Below, in pieces: positions 41,440 through 54,311 of a DNA stretch of 64,000 bases; position 1 is the stretch's first letter; every line of letters begins with the position of its first letter. The stretch is from the human T2T-CHM13v2.0 reference genome, Homo sapiens. The stretch lies in the NCBI RefSeq assembly GCF_009914755.1, contig NC_060934.1, one strand, 5' to 3'. A program made the position numbers and the translations under genes. Below the pieces are notes generated by a model. That model was not told where the DNA came from. It was given only the letters and a program-made list of their open reading frames with translations, and did no database searches.

Positions 41440-41548
41440 ATGGAGCCCTTGTGTCCACTCCTGCTGGTGGGTTTTAGCTTGCCGCTCGCCAGGGCTCTCA
41501 GGGGCAACGAGACCACTGCCGACAGCAACGAGACAACCACGACCTCAG
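41440..41548 (+). CDS. PTPRE: First coding exon of receptor-type PTPe: signal peptide and ectodomain (MEPLCPLLLVGFSLPLARALRGNETTADSNETTTTS-G)
   Basis: Acceptor ctctctgcag at 41432, exon starts 41433, strong Kozak ccaccATGG, two N-E-T glycosylation sequons, donor CAG|gtaagg. Confidence 0.97.
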
Positions 41549-41925
41549 GTAAGGACCCCTTTCCCTGGCTGCCTCCCCTACTACCTCCTCCTAAGCTCCT
41601 GGGACCATTCAGAGGGTGATAAAGGGGCTTAGGGTAAGAGAAGAATGGTGTGGCTGAATTTCTTAGTGTGCTTTTAATAGTTTGTGCCTCTAAAAACAGG
41701 CAGGCTAAATAAGCTAGTTTAGCATTTGGTTGTTCAGCAAAGCTTAGTGTTCTGGAGGTGACCCATCTACAACCCCAGCTGAGAGTCAGGGTCAGCCTTG
41801 GCTGGAGGCAGGAGTGCAAAAGGGTTAAAAATCCCCCAAAATCCCCTTGTGCAGAAAACCAACCATGAACATACATGGATGAGGCGATGTGACAGTTAAT
41901 GATAGGAACTAAAGAATTATTCTTA

Positions 41926-42227
41926 GGCCGGGTGCGGTGGCTCATACCTGTAATCCCAGCACTTTGGGAGGCCGAGGTGGGCAGATCACGAGGTCAAGAG
42001 ATTGAGACCATCTTGGCCAACACGGTGAAACCCTGTCTCTACTAAAAGTACAAAAATTAGCTGGGCTTGGTGGTGGGCGCCTGTAGTCCCAGCCACTCGG
42101 GAGGCTGAGGCAGGAGAATCACTTCAACCTGGGAGGCGGAGGTTGCAGTGAGCTGAGATTGTGCCACTGCACTCTTGCCTGGCAACAGACAGAGACTACG
42201 TCTCAAAAAAAAAAAAAAAAAAAAAAA
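41926..42227 (+). mobile_element. AluS (Sc-like)
   Basis: gatcacgaggtcaagagattgagaccatc; perfect 15-bp target-site duplication aaagaattattctta. Confidence 0.95.
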
Positions 42228-43624
42228 GAATTATTCTTAATATTTTAGGTCAGATATTGGCGTCATGGTTAGTTTTATTTTTAAAAAGAAGAGTCCTTGC
42301 CTTTTGACATGCCTGCTGAAGGGTTCACGAGTGAACTGTGATGTCTGGGCTTTATGCAGAAAAGAGCAAGAGGGAAGTGGGGGTGGGGGCTTGTGAACAA
42401 AGTCACATCAAGAGCCCCACATGATTCCCTAACCCTGGACAAATGTCCTGCAAACCCTGGACAAATGTCCTGCAAATGTACCACTGGCCCCAGGAGGAGG
42501 AAAGAGTAAAGATTTCTGGTGACAGAACCTCTAGCAAGGAGAGCAGTTCTGAGCGCCCACCTGTCTTTTTCCTCTTCATGTTGAAACCTCAGAGAAATCC
42601 AAAACCCCAAAAATGAGAGACCAGAAGCTGCCCGCAAATATTAACTTGCCTCTTTGCAAGCCAGCCTTTCAGGGGCAGGTCACTGGTGGTTCAAAGAGTT
42701 ATTTCAACCCACAATCCCGACTTTTCTTCCCAACGCTAATCGACTGGCCACGTAGAAACATCTGACAAACTGCCCGGATGTACCCTCACATCCAGGAGCC
42801 ACAATGGCAGAACATCCGTTTGCGCAACTGTGGGGAAGAATCTGCCCGAGCTCTGCAGACAGTCCCTCGGGTGGCACTGTGGGCACCGGCAGGATGACGT
42901 CCACTCCACATCTGAGGCTTTTCAGTTTATTTGAAAACAAAATTATTGGGCTCACATATTGCCATAGACATGGGGTGTTACTTGCAGGAGGAGGACACTG
43001 TCATGTGACCTCAGCACCCAGAGCAGAACTAAATGTGAAACTCACACCTTGGTCCAGCCTCTGCCAGGGCCTCTGCGTGCTTAGCAAGGCTGCTGGTCCA
43101 CGAGCAAGAGGGAAATGGGCCTCGGGTTATAAGGCGCAGACGGGCTCGTTTGACCTAGAATTGTGGAGGGGAACCTGACCCTGTGAAGTGCCCTTTAAAT
43201 CTTCATCTGACCCCTGGAAGAAGTATGAAGGACCATTTCAGATGATAACACGTTTCCACAGTGTGCCAAAATAATAGGAAGCTGTTTCATTTGTTCATCG
43301 AACAAAATATATTCAGTACTCATGCAGACAAATTCTTTTACAGAAGGAATTGAAGGTAAATGTTTACAAATTATGTAATAAAATGTTATCTATAAAAAAT
43401 AATACGTAAAAGAACACAGTCGAAAAATGAGTAGAGAATATGACCAGGTAGAATACAAATATCTAATTATGTTTCACTAATCATGAAAAGATGCTCAACT
43501 CTCTAGAAATTAGAGAAATGCAAGTTAAAATGACATGATCATTTTACCTATCAGATGGACCAAAATGCAAAGGGTTGGCAAAATATCCCAGAGAAGAGAA
43601 ACTGGCTCCATCGCACATTATGGG

Positions 43625-44112
43625 CAGCATTCCGCAACCTTTGTGGCACCAGGGACTGGTTTAATGGAAGACAGTTTTTCCGTGGAATTGGGGTGGGGGG
43701 TGGTTTGGGGATGATTCAAGTGCATTATATTTATTTTGTACTTTATTTCTATTATGATTACATTGTAACATATAATGAAATAATTATACAACTCACCATC
43801 ATGTAGAATCAGTGGGAGCCCTGAGCTTGTGTTCCTGCAACTAGACGGCCCCTCTGGGGGTGATGGGAGACAGTGACAGATCACCAGGCATCAGGTTCTC
43901 TTAAGGAGCACGCAACCTAGATCCCTGGCATGCGCAGTTCACAATAGGGCTCACGGTCCTGTAAGAATCTAATGCCGCTGCTGATCTGACAGGGGGCGGC
44001 GCTCAGGCGATAATGCCTGCTCACCTGCCACTCACCTCCTGCTGTGTGGCCCAGTTCCTAACAGGCCACAGACTGATATCCATCTGTGTCCTGGGGGAGT
44101 TAGAGACCTCCG
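43625..44112 (+). mobile_element. MER1A (hAT-Charlie) inserted in an old L1M fragment (~43330-44450)
   Basis: aacctttgtggcaccagggactggttt..tagaatcagtgggagccctgagcttg..gcaacctagatccc..gcccagttcctaacaggccac; flanks show L1 gaaaagatgctcaac..agagaaatgcaagttaaaa. Confidence 0.85.
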
Positions 44113-47100
44113 CTGTGGATGAATGTAGAAGTTGGACACTTGGGGCTGCCATCTTGGCAATTGTGTTAAAATGTAACAGGCGTACAGGCTAACACAGAAG
44201 CTGTCCTACAGAAACACTTGCGAGACACAAAGATATATATATGTGTGTGTGTGTGTTGCAGAATTGTAGGTAATAGCAGAAAAGTTGGAAACAACTTAAA
44301 TGTCCATCCTATTTTGGTCTATCCAAAAAGTGGAATCCAAGCAGCTATTAAACAGAATGAGGAAGCTTATCTGGGCTGACATGGAAACTCTCCAAGACAG
44401 ACAGCCGTACCAGAAAAGCAAGCTGGAGAACTGCCCCGTGGTGCATTTCATCTGTTTCTTTCATATTTAATGTGGCTATATGGGGACGTGTCTTAAAATT
44501 GGTAGCACTTCACAATTATAATCAGTATCATTTTTTTTCTTTCTTAGTGGTTCTTAAAATAACGATACTTTTTACAGTCCGTGAAGCTGTAGATGAAACG
44601 AGAGGAGTAGTATGGTCTATTTATTTCCCAAACCTGCATATTTATGAACGTAAATTTATAGAAGAAAATGTCAGGAAAGATACGCTTTGAAATCTTAATT
44701 ATGTTTAACTCTGGCAAAGAGAACAGGTTCCTGAACATTGAAAATTTTAGGCCGGAGTGAGTTGGGACCTTAAACCATTGTCTGCACACCTGTCCTTGAG
44801 TGAGCCACATCTTTTCAGTATGGACTTGCTCCGCCTCTAGGGCCCCTGGGGAAGGAGGGCTTGGAATGAAGGTGGGAGAGGAAAAGAGGGATGGAGATAA
44901 GATAGGGGACACAGTGAGAGCAGCTGTGCCCTGGGGCAGAACTGAGGTAGTCCCTGGAAGACCCCGGCTCTTGGCCAGAGCTCAGGATCAGCTTCCTGAG
45001 CAGAGGGTGCTGGGTGGCTACACTCCAGCCAAGGTTGCCATTCTCTTTGTCTCCTCCAAAGTCACATTCAAGCCTAAGGTTTTCAACTTTCAGGATCAGA
45101 TTCTATGTAAGCAAACACACACACACACAAGTTGCAAGTGTATGTATGTATAAAATTGGTGTGAACATACACACACTTCACTTTGGGCAATAGCTAGACA
45201 GTCATACAGGAAGAAGGCTGCTTCAGGATGACCACCCTGGGGACTGGCCACCCTGACCTCTGTCCCACCCCGTCAGAGCCACAATAACATGAAATGAAAA
45301 TAAACTGTGACAGGAATTTCTTCTCAGATGACTCCCTGACTCCTGGCTGGACCACATTGGTGCCCAGAGGACATATTTTTGTTTTCTTCCTGGTCCACAC
45401 CATTTAAAAAAAATGTTTTTAAATTGAATTTCTTACCAATATTTAAAAATCAGAAAATGTTTACATAAAAATATGAATTTCTTCTTTAGGAAAGTGGGAA
45501 GAACTAGGCACTGTGGGCACCCCTTGTGCTTGGCCCCAGTGGGCTGGAACTCAGAAGTAGCCATCCCTGCAGGCAGGACATGGGGAGTCCCAACTCTCGC
45601 CCCCACCTGGCCTCCCCACACCACCCAGGGATGTTCTTACCTGCCCCTTGAAGGCCATTGGGTTTCTGATCCTGATCTCTGGCCTCCTGAACAGAGGTAG
45701 CTACTAAGAAACACCAGGAACAGAGCTGGGGAAGCCACTGGCCCTGTGACCCATCCCTTCTGCCCGTGTGCACGGCCCCTTTCTGGGCTTGGGTGGTTCA
45801 GCCCCGTCTTCTATGGAAGTACCCATGTCTGTGACCGCAGCCTTCACTACAGGCAGGAACGTGGAGGCCAGACCCACGGAGGGCTGGTGGGGCCCAGGTG
45901 CTCCCTCGTGTCTCTCTCTGATGAGAGGACCCCATGAGTTGGCTTGGACTAAACTTAGTAGTCACCATCTCTGCAGAAGCTGAGCCCAGAGCCTGACCTC
46001 TGTGTGATGCAGAAGTGGGAAGTTTCATTGCCTGGGGCCCCGGGAGATGAGGGCAGATGTACCTGGGTACATTCGAGAGGGAGGAGGGGGACCGAGGCCC
46101 AAGCTTTCTGGCTGAGTCTGGAGTGTGAGCAGCAGCCAGGCCCTCCGTGAGGCTGGGCTCCAGGCTGCCCCTCCCTCCGTGTCAGGGGTCTTCCCACTCA
46201 GCCTGTCGGAGTTGCTCCAGGGCCCTGGCAGAGTGGAGAGGGGTGCTCTCTGGAGCTGCAAGTGTGGAAGCCTCAGGCCAGCTCACTTCCCCAGGGAAGC
46301 TCTGCTGTGGGCAGGTTGGAGGTCAAAGGCGGGGGACTGTGGCAGCCACACCCAGCCACTCATCCTAGCACCAACCGAACCTTGTGTGGGGCCAGAACCA
46401 GCTCCTCTGGGCCAGGGTCACAGACACCTGAGTGTGGGGGCTGCAGAGGACAGCCAGGCTGCCAGGCTACTGACACTGCTAGCCAGATGGGGGAGGCACG
46501 GACCCCACCTGGAAGGTGGGCACTTAGTGGGTGGGCCAGGTGAACAGTGCCCTCTCTCACGGCTGGGGCCACCTCCGCATCACAGACCAGCTGTTTCCTC
46601 TGTGAACTTCAACATCTAATGGTCACCCACGTCCCTAAAACTTCATCATTTATGAGAAACGATGGTGCGGACCACTCATAGGGTGCCAGAGTCAGTGCCA
46701 GGCCTGGGAGGGTAGGGGATGAGGGAGGAAAAGCCACACCTTCCCTGGGGAGTTTATAACCTAGGGTGCAAGGCGGAAGGCATGAGGGTCCCTTTTAGAA
46801 TCCAGATGAGGGGTGTGAGGTGAGCGGAGCCTCTGGGGCTGCGGAGCCCTCCCAGTGCCCAGAGCACCCTCGGGAGGCCGTGCCAGCCCTCAGGAGGAAG
46901 CGCATGGACCCTGCGCTGGGCTCAGGGCAAGTGATTGGTGCTTCTGGGAACTTAAAGAGTTGGAAGCCCGGTCGTTGCCTTCGAGGGGCTTCCCCAGAAA
47001 CCCGGGAGCCAAGGCAGTCATGCTGAGGCCTGTTCACTCATGGCAGAGCGAGGTTTGCGCTTTGAGGCATCCAGGGCCCCTCTGGGTCCACAAGAGAGGA

Positions 47101-47699
47101 GTCCAGTGGGCTTCTTGGAGGTGGGGGCCTTTGAGATTGTCCTCGAGGAGTGGGAACATTTTGGTGATGAGGGGGCTGTGTGGCCAGCGGGGGAGGAGCA
47201 GGAACAAAGTGCGACGTTGGGAGAGTGGGTGGGGTCCAAAGGTGGCAGCGAGGCCACCAGTGTCCCTTGGAATTTGGGCTGATGAGCCAGGGGTGGGTCC
47301 TGAGCAGCAACAAAGCCACTTAGCTGGGCCTGGGGCTGTGGGTCTCTTTCTGGGTGAGGAAGGTCAACCTGTCAGGTACAAAGGACACAGTAAGAGGCCG
47401 GTGGTGGCTGGGCACTCGGCCTCTGACAGGTGGAATCGGGACCTGGAGGCTCTGAAAGGTGGGGTCACAGTGCGCCAGGGCCACAGGCCTCTGCCCAGCC
47501 CCAGGGCCAGGCCGCCTCCCTGTGCCTGAGCTCCTGCCCAAGCCCAAGGGGCCCTAAGAGCTGAGCTACGCCGAGTCAGCCTCCCGCGCTGTCCTAGGAC
47601 CCTGCAGTGGACACCGGCCCCTTCACCCTTCTCCAGCTTCTTAGCAGGAGAGCCAGGCAGCCAGGCCGTGTGGGGGTCTGGGGAACTCACCCCTGTCAT

Positions 47700-48204
47700 G
47701 CCTGCCCCAGGGATCTTGGACAAGTCACCTCACCCACTCCTCAGTCCCGGATTCTTTCTCTGAGTCAACAGCAACAACTAAAGTCGCTTCTCTGTTACCT
47801 CGTGGGGCCTTTTCAGGATGATGGATCCACTTTACAAACTATAGTTTGGGGTTCTGGTGTCCAGGAAGAAGGGCTTATGGAGGGAGACTCTTTTGCAAAC
47901 TGTGAAGTGAGGTCAGGGGTTAGGGTCTTTCTGCTTCTCCTGCAGGCCCTCCGGACCCGGGCGCCTCCCAGCCGCTGCTGGCCTGGCTGCTACTGCCGCT
48001 GCTGCTCCTCCTCCTCGTGCTCCTTCTCGCCGCCTACTTCTTCAGGTAGGAGTGTCCCGGGGCACTGACTTGCCCCAACCAGCTCAGAGGAGGAAATGAG
48101 CCTTCTGATGCTGTGGGCGTGGGCTGTGCAGCAGAGGGCAGCTGAGAGGCTGGGTGGCTGGGCCTGGGAGACACACAGAGGCCAGGCCTTAGCGTGGCTC
48201 AGCC
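47700..48204 (+). promoter_or_regulatory. Internal promoter / 5'UTR region of cytosolic PTPe
   Basis: Lies immediately upstream of the cyt-PTPe ATG; AP-1 TGAGTCA at 47761-47767 and ETS-like GAGGAAAT at 48090-48097. The transcription start cannot be placed from sequence. Confidence 0.6.
47946..48045 (+). CDS. PTPRE: Transmembrane exon (GPPDPGASQPLLAWLLLPLLLLLLVLLLAAYFFR)
   Basis: Acceptor ttctcctgcag, Leu-rich hydrophobic helix, donor CAG|gtagga; phase 1 to 2 fits neighbouring exons. Confidence 0.97.
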
Positions 48205-48239
48205 ATGAGCAACAGGAGTAGCTTTTCCCGGCTCACCTG
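48205..48239 (+). CDS. PTPRE: Alternative first coding exon of cytosolic PTPe (MSNRSSFSRLTW)
   Basis: agccATGAGCAACAGG...CACCTG|gtgggt; phase 2 splices in frame to the 48320 exon across an 80-nt intron; matches the known cyt-PTPe N-terminus. Confidence 0.93.
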
Positions 48240-48319
48240 GTGGGTATCACTGTGCCGAGCGCTGTTGGCTCTCGGGGAACCTAGAAGTGTGGAAACCTAA
48301 CACATCCTGTGTCTCTAAG

Positions 48320-48393
48320 GTTCAGGAAGCAGAGGAAAGCTGTGGTCAGCACCAGCGACAAGAAGATGCCCAACGGAATCTTGGAGGAGCAAG
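48320..48393 (+). CDS. PTPRE: First common exon, juxtamembrane (FRKQRKAVVSTSDKKMPNGILEEQ)
   Basis: Acceptor gtctctaag, basic stop-transfer cluster, internal ATG at 48366, donor AAG|gtacag. Confidence 0.96.
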
Positions 48394-50085
48394 GTACAGA
48401 AGCTGCTCTCTGGCTGGGGCTTGGGGGAAAATGTGTTCTTTTTTAGCAGACACTGAGGTGCTTTCTGCCTTTAACGTTCAAAGTAAATTTTGAGGTGTGC
48501 CTTGCCACTTTCATCTCACTCTACCTGGTATGATGCTGTCATTTAGAATTTCACTATTTCAAAACTTTAAGGATCATTTTTCTCTCGGGTGTGACATGGA
48601 CGTTTGAGACATTTTTGTTTGTGGCTTTTTTTAGAGAGACTGTTCATATCCTGTCGTTTTCACAGGGTGTTGACATGTAACACTTTTCAGTGAGGCCTTA
48701 CAATCATTCTCAGATAAGACTGTCTGGCTCAGAAACTATTCAGCTGGGTTTGTACTGCTTTAGGATCCAGCTGGAAAAAGAGACTCGCTCTCCTGAAGTG
48801 CTTCATGTTTACAGAGCATCAGAGTCAGCTGGGAGCATTTCCAACTTTTCCATCCGAAGTACAGTTTCGAACTTGTTGTCGCTACTTACAAAGGAACATT
48901 GTTTTTCTCTCCATACATAGAGATGAGATGACCGAGAAACGTGTGTAAGGCAGAGGCCACAAAAATATTGCTTCACACCCCAGTGACTACAACTTCCTGG
49001 AGTCAGCTTCCTACCTAACTGTAGTCAGTTCTATGGTTTGGGGGAACACACGTGCCGTCAGACTAAAATAGACTCTTAAAACGGACCCTTAGATCATTAA
49101 AAGAATATCACCAACAAGGACCCAGCTGAAATGTAGCCTCCCAGCGCTCGCGGGACCCGAGACCTGGTTAGACGATAATGTGGCACCAGGTGCTGTCTTC
49201 CTGCCCTCGTTCCAGTCCCCGGTTCCCTGCCCTGAATGTTTCAATAGCAGGAACGGAAGGGAGGAGGGTGCGGCTAGTGAGTAGCAGGGAAGCTCAGCAT
49301 CACTCATTCTGATCCCATCTGTCACTTGGAGGAATGAGTCTTGGGTGAAGTTTTTGGCTGGGCTTCAGAATGGCTCTGCAGGTGGGGACAGGCCCTTTTG
49401 CAAGTGTGACATCTGGGTTATCATGTTGACCTTGACAATATCAGCTCATTCTCCAGGAAGAGAAAGACATGTCCATAACTGTTCTTGCCTCTCACTCCGA
49501 ACTTGGGGAAGGAATGTGTCCAAGAACTCCCTTATAACGCGTACTTCTCCTTCTCAATGCCCCTTGTCACCCTCCCCAGACAAGGGTGGTTTTCCCTTGG
49601 AGCTTATGGGGTTTGAGGAACCAGGAATATTTGTTATGAAGAAGAAAAGGCTGAGAGAGAACGTTCTGAGTTTGCTCCCAGAAGCCGTAATTACTCTTTC
49701 TTATTTCCAAACCTGGAAAGCTGAGCTGGAGAGTGAGGCCGTCTTGAATCCTTTTCGGAAGGAGCAGGGGCTGGAGGGAAGGAGAGGTGGGAGGGTGGGT
49801 GGATGAGTGGCCTCGGGAGGGGGACAGGCTGTCTCCAATGGGGGAGAGCAGGTGACACTGGGCAGAGGGACTCCCGTCACTTGTAAATGATGTGGATGCC
49901 TCACAGGAGGCGAGTGTTTGGATACAGCTGCTCGGGACCCGGCTTAGCCCAGCTATGCGATTTGAGAGAACTGTTCCAGCTCCAGCCTGGTCATTTCTTC
50001 AGGAATGTCGTTGGTCAGCTTGGTTACTCAGTCGCCTATCCAGGAATGTGGCTAAATGGCCCCCATGTTTCTTTTGATCCCACAG

Positions 50086-50222
50086 AGCAGCAAAGGGTGA
50101 TGCTGCTCAGCAGGTCACCCTCAGGGCCCAAGAAGTATTTTCCCATCCCCGTGGAGCACCTGGAGGAGGAGATCCGTATCAGATCCGCCGACGACTGCAA
50201 GCAGTTTCGGGAGGAGTTCAAC
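50086..50222 (+). CDS. PTPRE: Exon [46 protein letters not shown]
   Basis: Acceptor cccacag, donor AAC|gtgagt; peptide visible in ORF 49887..50273. Confidence 0.96.
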
Positions 50223-50729
50223 GTGAGTGTGGGGAGGGCTCTCTGCTGGGTGCCCTGTGGTGGAGACCTGTGAAATCCAGTGTTAGAGTTCAGGATGAAT
50301 TATCCCAAAGACTCAGAACCCTTGCATCAGTTATGACACTATCCCATGAATGGGCGTGTGAGGAAACCTGGTGTGTGGTGCAGTGCCCTTTGCCAATGCT
50401 TATTTCCTCATTTATAAGATGAGACAGTTGAGTTAGAGGTTTGTGAAGCCTCCTTACACCTCCCCACTCTGAGTGTCAAGTTCTAAAATCAACTGTGGCA
50501 GAAACACTGTTATCTCGATAACACAGAAGGCTAGGACCTGAGCGCGGCACGGTATGACAATATCATGGGGAAAGTAACAGAGCCCCAAACCATCCTTTCA
50601 TGGCTTCTGAGAGCTGGAGCACCTAATCAGAGTAGGCGATGTTCCTCTTCTGAACCACCATCTCGGCATTAATGAAGCAGCTGTGAGCTGCCTTGAGAGA
50701 ACACTAGCTATATCTGCTTGTGTATCAAC

Positions 50730-50904
50730 ATGGGTGGGTGGGTGGGTGGATGGATGGATAAGTGGGAGGGCAGAGGGATGGATGGATGGATGGGTGGATG
50801 GATGGATGGATGGATGATGGATGGATGAGTGGGAGGGCAGATGGATGGATGAATGAATGCATGGATGGATGGATGAGTGGGAGGGCGGATGGATGGATGG
50901 ATGG

Positions 50905-50937
<33 letters not shown>

Positions 50938-51057
50938 GTGGGAGGGCATATGGATGGATGAGTGGGAGGGCAGATGGATGGATGGATGGATGGGTGGATG
51001 GATGATGGATGGATGAGTGGGAGGGCAGATGGATGGATGGATGGATGGATGGGCAGA
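50730..51057. repeat. (TGGA)n compound tetranucleotide repeat with gtgggagggcag interruptions
   Basis: Direct reading; source of the spurious MDGW/HPSI ORFs. Confidence 0.95.
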
Positions 51058-51815
51058 TAGAGAAGTAGACAAACAGATATGAGGAAGTATTGTCTTGGAT
51101 TTTGCTATTCAGTATTTATCCTTGGTCGTGTTTTGAATTTTATGCATCTTCACCTTCTTGCATGTGGCTGTGCTAAGTGTTGATCTTAAAGAGGATAGAT
51201 TTTCAGCAGGATTGCTAACTGGTCCTGGCTATGCCTGTTGCGTGCTGGCCCTGGCACATCAGTTAATTTCCTTGAAGCTGTCTTCCACCACCTAGGAAGG
51301 GGCAATGGAGATGGGCCTGTCTTAATTACCTTGAAGTTGGAATGGGAGGCTCAGACAATGGATTTTGTAAACAACAGTGTTGTGCAGTTGTTATATCTGA
51401 AGATGGCATGAATTCTGCTGCAGAAATGAGACTTTACCCAGAAGCAACGTGTGAAGGCATGGGAAGGTGGTGGCCCATGTAAACTGTACATTGCTTGTTT
51501 TTTGGTGCAAGCCTCCTCTGCCTTTATCTTACTTCCTTTTTATTGTTTCCAAATGTGTCCCCTTTTTTGGAGAAATTAGGTCATATTGAAAGACAGCTTG
51601 AAGCACTATTGTGTTGCAATCTCTCAGCCTGACAACAGACCTTAATTCTCATTTTCAAAATAACTATCCAAGTTTTCAGCTAGCAGATCCCCTCCCCCAC
51701 CCTTCTCATCCCATTTCCCCTTGCACTTTTGTTTCCCCAAGTGACAGGGGCTGGGCTTGCTGATGGGGGTGTCTGAGTCAGAACCAGCTCAAAAGAGGGG
51801 GCCACTCCCAGGGAG

Positions 51816-52280
51816 GGAGTCCAGGAATAGGGTGGGGCAGGTGAGACACTCACCCCAGGCACATAATTTAAGACAGCACCAAAAGCTCAGCAGTGGGATA
51901 AATTATATTTTAACATAACACTTAAAATATCAAAATTATCAGCACCACAGGAAAGGTAACAAATACAATATCAAAATGAATACAGGCAGTCCCTGGTGAA
52001 GAAAATAACACGACCATAAAGGAAGACAGGCTTGGGCCGACTGATTTTCCCTGTTGCCCTGGGCCCTGATACATACGGCTTGTCACCACACAGCTACTCA
52101 TCCTGCCATTAGTTAAAAGTTTCATATTTTGGTCATCATAGATTTTGTGCCTTGATTTGGACTTTTAAAAATATTGCATTCGAATATTATTTCCCCTGGT
52201 TTCTGAATTTTGGGGGCACCCCATTAAATTTTGCACCCAGAGGAAGTTCCTCATTCTCTTCTGCCACTGGGTGGCCCTTG
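51816..52280. mobile_element. MER96B-like palindromic hAT MITE
   Basis: ccaggaatagggtggggcaggtgagacactc..aatttaag left arm; ttaaattttgcacccagagg right arm; central ctgattttccctgttgccc. Confidence 0.7.
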
Positions 52281-52419
52281 GCTGAACATTGGAGTCCTTG
52301 TGCTCAGTGACAGGCAGGGTAGAGACGCGGTGGAGGGGAAGAACACTGGACCCAAAGTCAGGATCACGGAGCCTGATCCTGTGTCTGGGGAACCCTGGGG
52401 GAGCTGCTTTTTTGTCATA

Positions 52420-52638
52420 TTTTTGTTTTATTTGTTTGTTTGAGATGGGGTCTCGCTGTGTCTCCCAGGCTGGAGTGCAGGGGCCTGATCACAGTTCACT
52501 GAAGACTCAACCTCCCAGCTCAAGTGATCCTCCCACCTCAGCCTCCCAAGTAGCTGGGACTACAGGCATGTGCCACCATGCCCACTGGCTTTTTTACTTT
52601 TTTTGTAGAGATGGGGTCCCACTGTGATGTCCAGGCTG
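52420..52638 (-). mobile_element. AluJ, truncated
   Basis: gagatggggtctcgctgtgtc..ctcaagtgatcctcccacctcagcc. Confidence 0.87.
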
Positions 52639-52959
52639 TGCTTTTCTGCTCATCTGTCCAGTGAAGGGCTGGCCATGTCCTGAGTCCACGTTGATGCAGC
52701 ACCCGTCCTCTGAGAGCACTGGAGCCTGCCATGGCCAGCTCTCTCTTGGGTCCTCAGAGGGACATGCTCCCAACCCCATCTTTCTTTTCTCTTGCCGTCT
52801 GATCTGAGCTCCTCTCCCCAAAATCATGAAAGGGAGACACCGGAGTCTCAAAGTGGCCGATCCAGTTGAGTTTTGACATGTGTGCATTGCCAATTCAAAG
52901 TGCAGGCAAACTTGGTGGGGATGAAAAGGATTTGATATTGGGGTCAGTACAGTGAATGC

Positions 52960-53100
52960 TGGAGTCGGCCTGAGTGTTTGTCCCGGCTCAGAGAGCTTGG
53001 GCAATTAACCTCTGCCTGTTTCCTCATCTATGAAATGAGGATACTCCCTGCCCCCCATAGGATTGTGATAACATGGACATGAGGTTGGATAACCTGGACA
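52960..53100 (+). mobile_element. MIR fragment
   Basis: ttgggcaattaacctctgcctgtttcctcatctatgaaatgaggata..cataggattgtg. Confidence 0.65.
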
Positions 53101-53526
53101 TGCAACTGAATCCTTACGAGACCGCACTCTGCAATCTCCACCCTGCACTGGTAGAACACCATCCTAGGAAAGTCTGCTTCCAGGCCCCAGAGTAAGTCCT
53201 GGAAAGTGAGCACCACTGGGCCAAGGAAAATCCCCCGCTTCAGACAGGCTCGTCCCTACCTCCATCCTAGCAAGTTATGTCAAGCCAAGTGCCTAGGACT
53301 AACACACTGATACGTGCTGTAAAAGTGCAGAGGGAGGTGTCAACCGCAAAGCTTCCAGCACAACAAACAAACCAGAACCATTCCCTGGAGCTCCATAGAG
53401 CAGCTGGGGCCTCTTGCAGAACTGCCCACACCTAGCTTCTTGTACACTCTCCTGCTGCCTGCCCGACACTACCGAGCGGAGAGAGAAAGGAACGTGGCTC
53501 ATGAGTTCATTGAAATGAAATCTCTA

Positions 53527-53857
<331 letters not shown>

Positions 53858-54311
53858 TCAAACAGACAAACCACAAACAATTTGGACAATTTACATAATG
53901 GGACAGCCAATCACACGATATTTATTGGCCAGTTACTATGAGCAAGCCCCAAGCAAGACACTGCAGGGCTCATCCAGGTGTGCAGACCCCTCCAGGTGCT
54001 CTCCTTTCCCCTGGGCCACCTGAGCAGCTCAGAGATTTGAGACCCCAGTAGACTGACAGCCAGAGAAAGGGCTGCAGAGTCCATGTGGGTGGTTATTCTG
54101 TGCACTTGGATCCAGGATACATACGTGTGCGGTGCACAGGGCCCGATGCCCCTCCCCACTTCAACTTTGACCCTCTGTGCATCTGGGTGGCTACGCCCCA
54201 TCTCCATGGTCTGGATCTCTGCAGCTGCCAGGAACACGCAACCGTGGGGTGTCAGAGCTTGGTCCATCCTCGCCATCCAATCCCTCCAGGGAGCCTTCTC
54301 AATTTCTTTTA

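Noticed and set aside
41361-41945. 194-aa antisense ORF overlapping the first coding exon
   Set aside because: Starts inside an Alu, no domain recognised, no sign of a promoter; likely incidental.
46855-47529. 224-aa ORF upstream of the TM exon
   Set aside because: Non-ATG start, no homology recognised, explained by GC content.
50725-51072. MDGW/HPSI repeat ORFs
   Set aside because: Translations of the (TGGA)n repeat.
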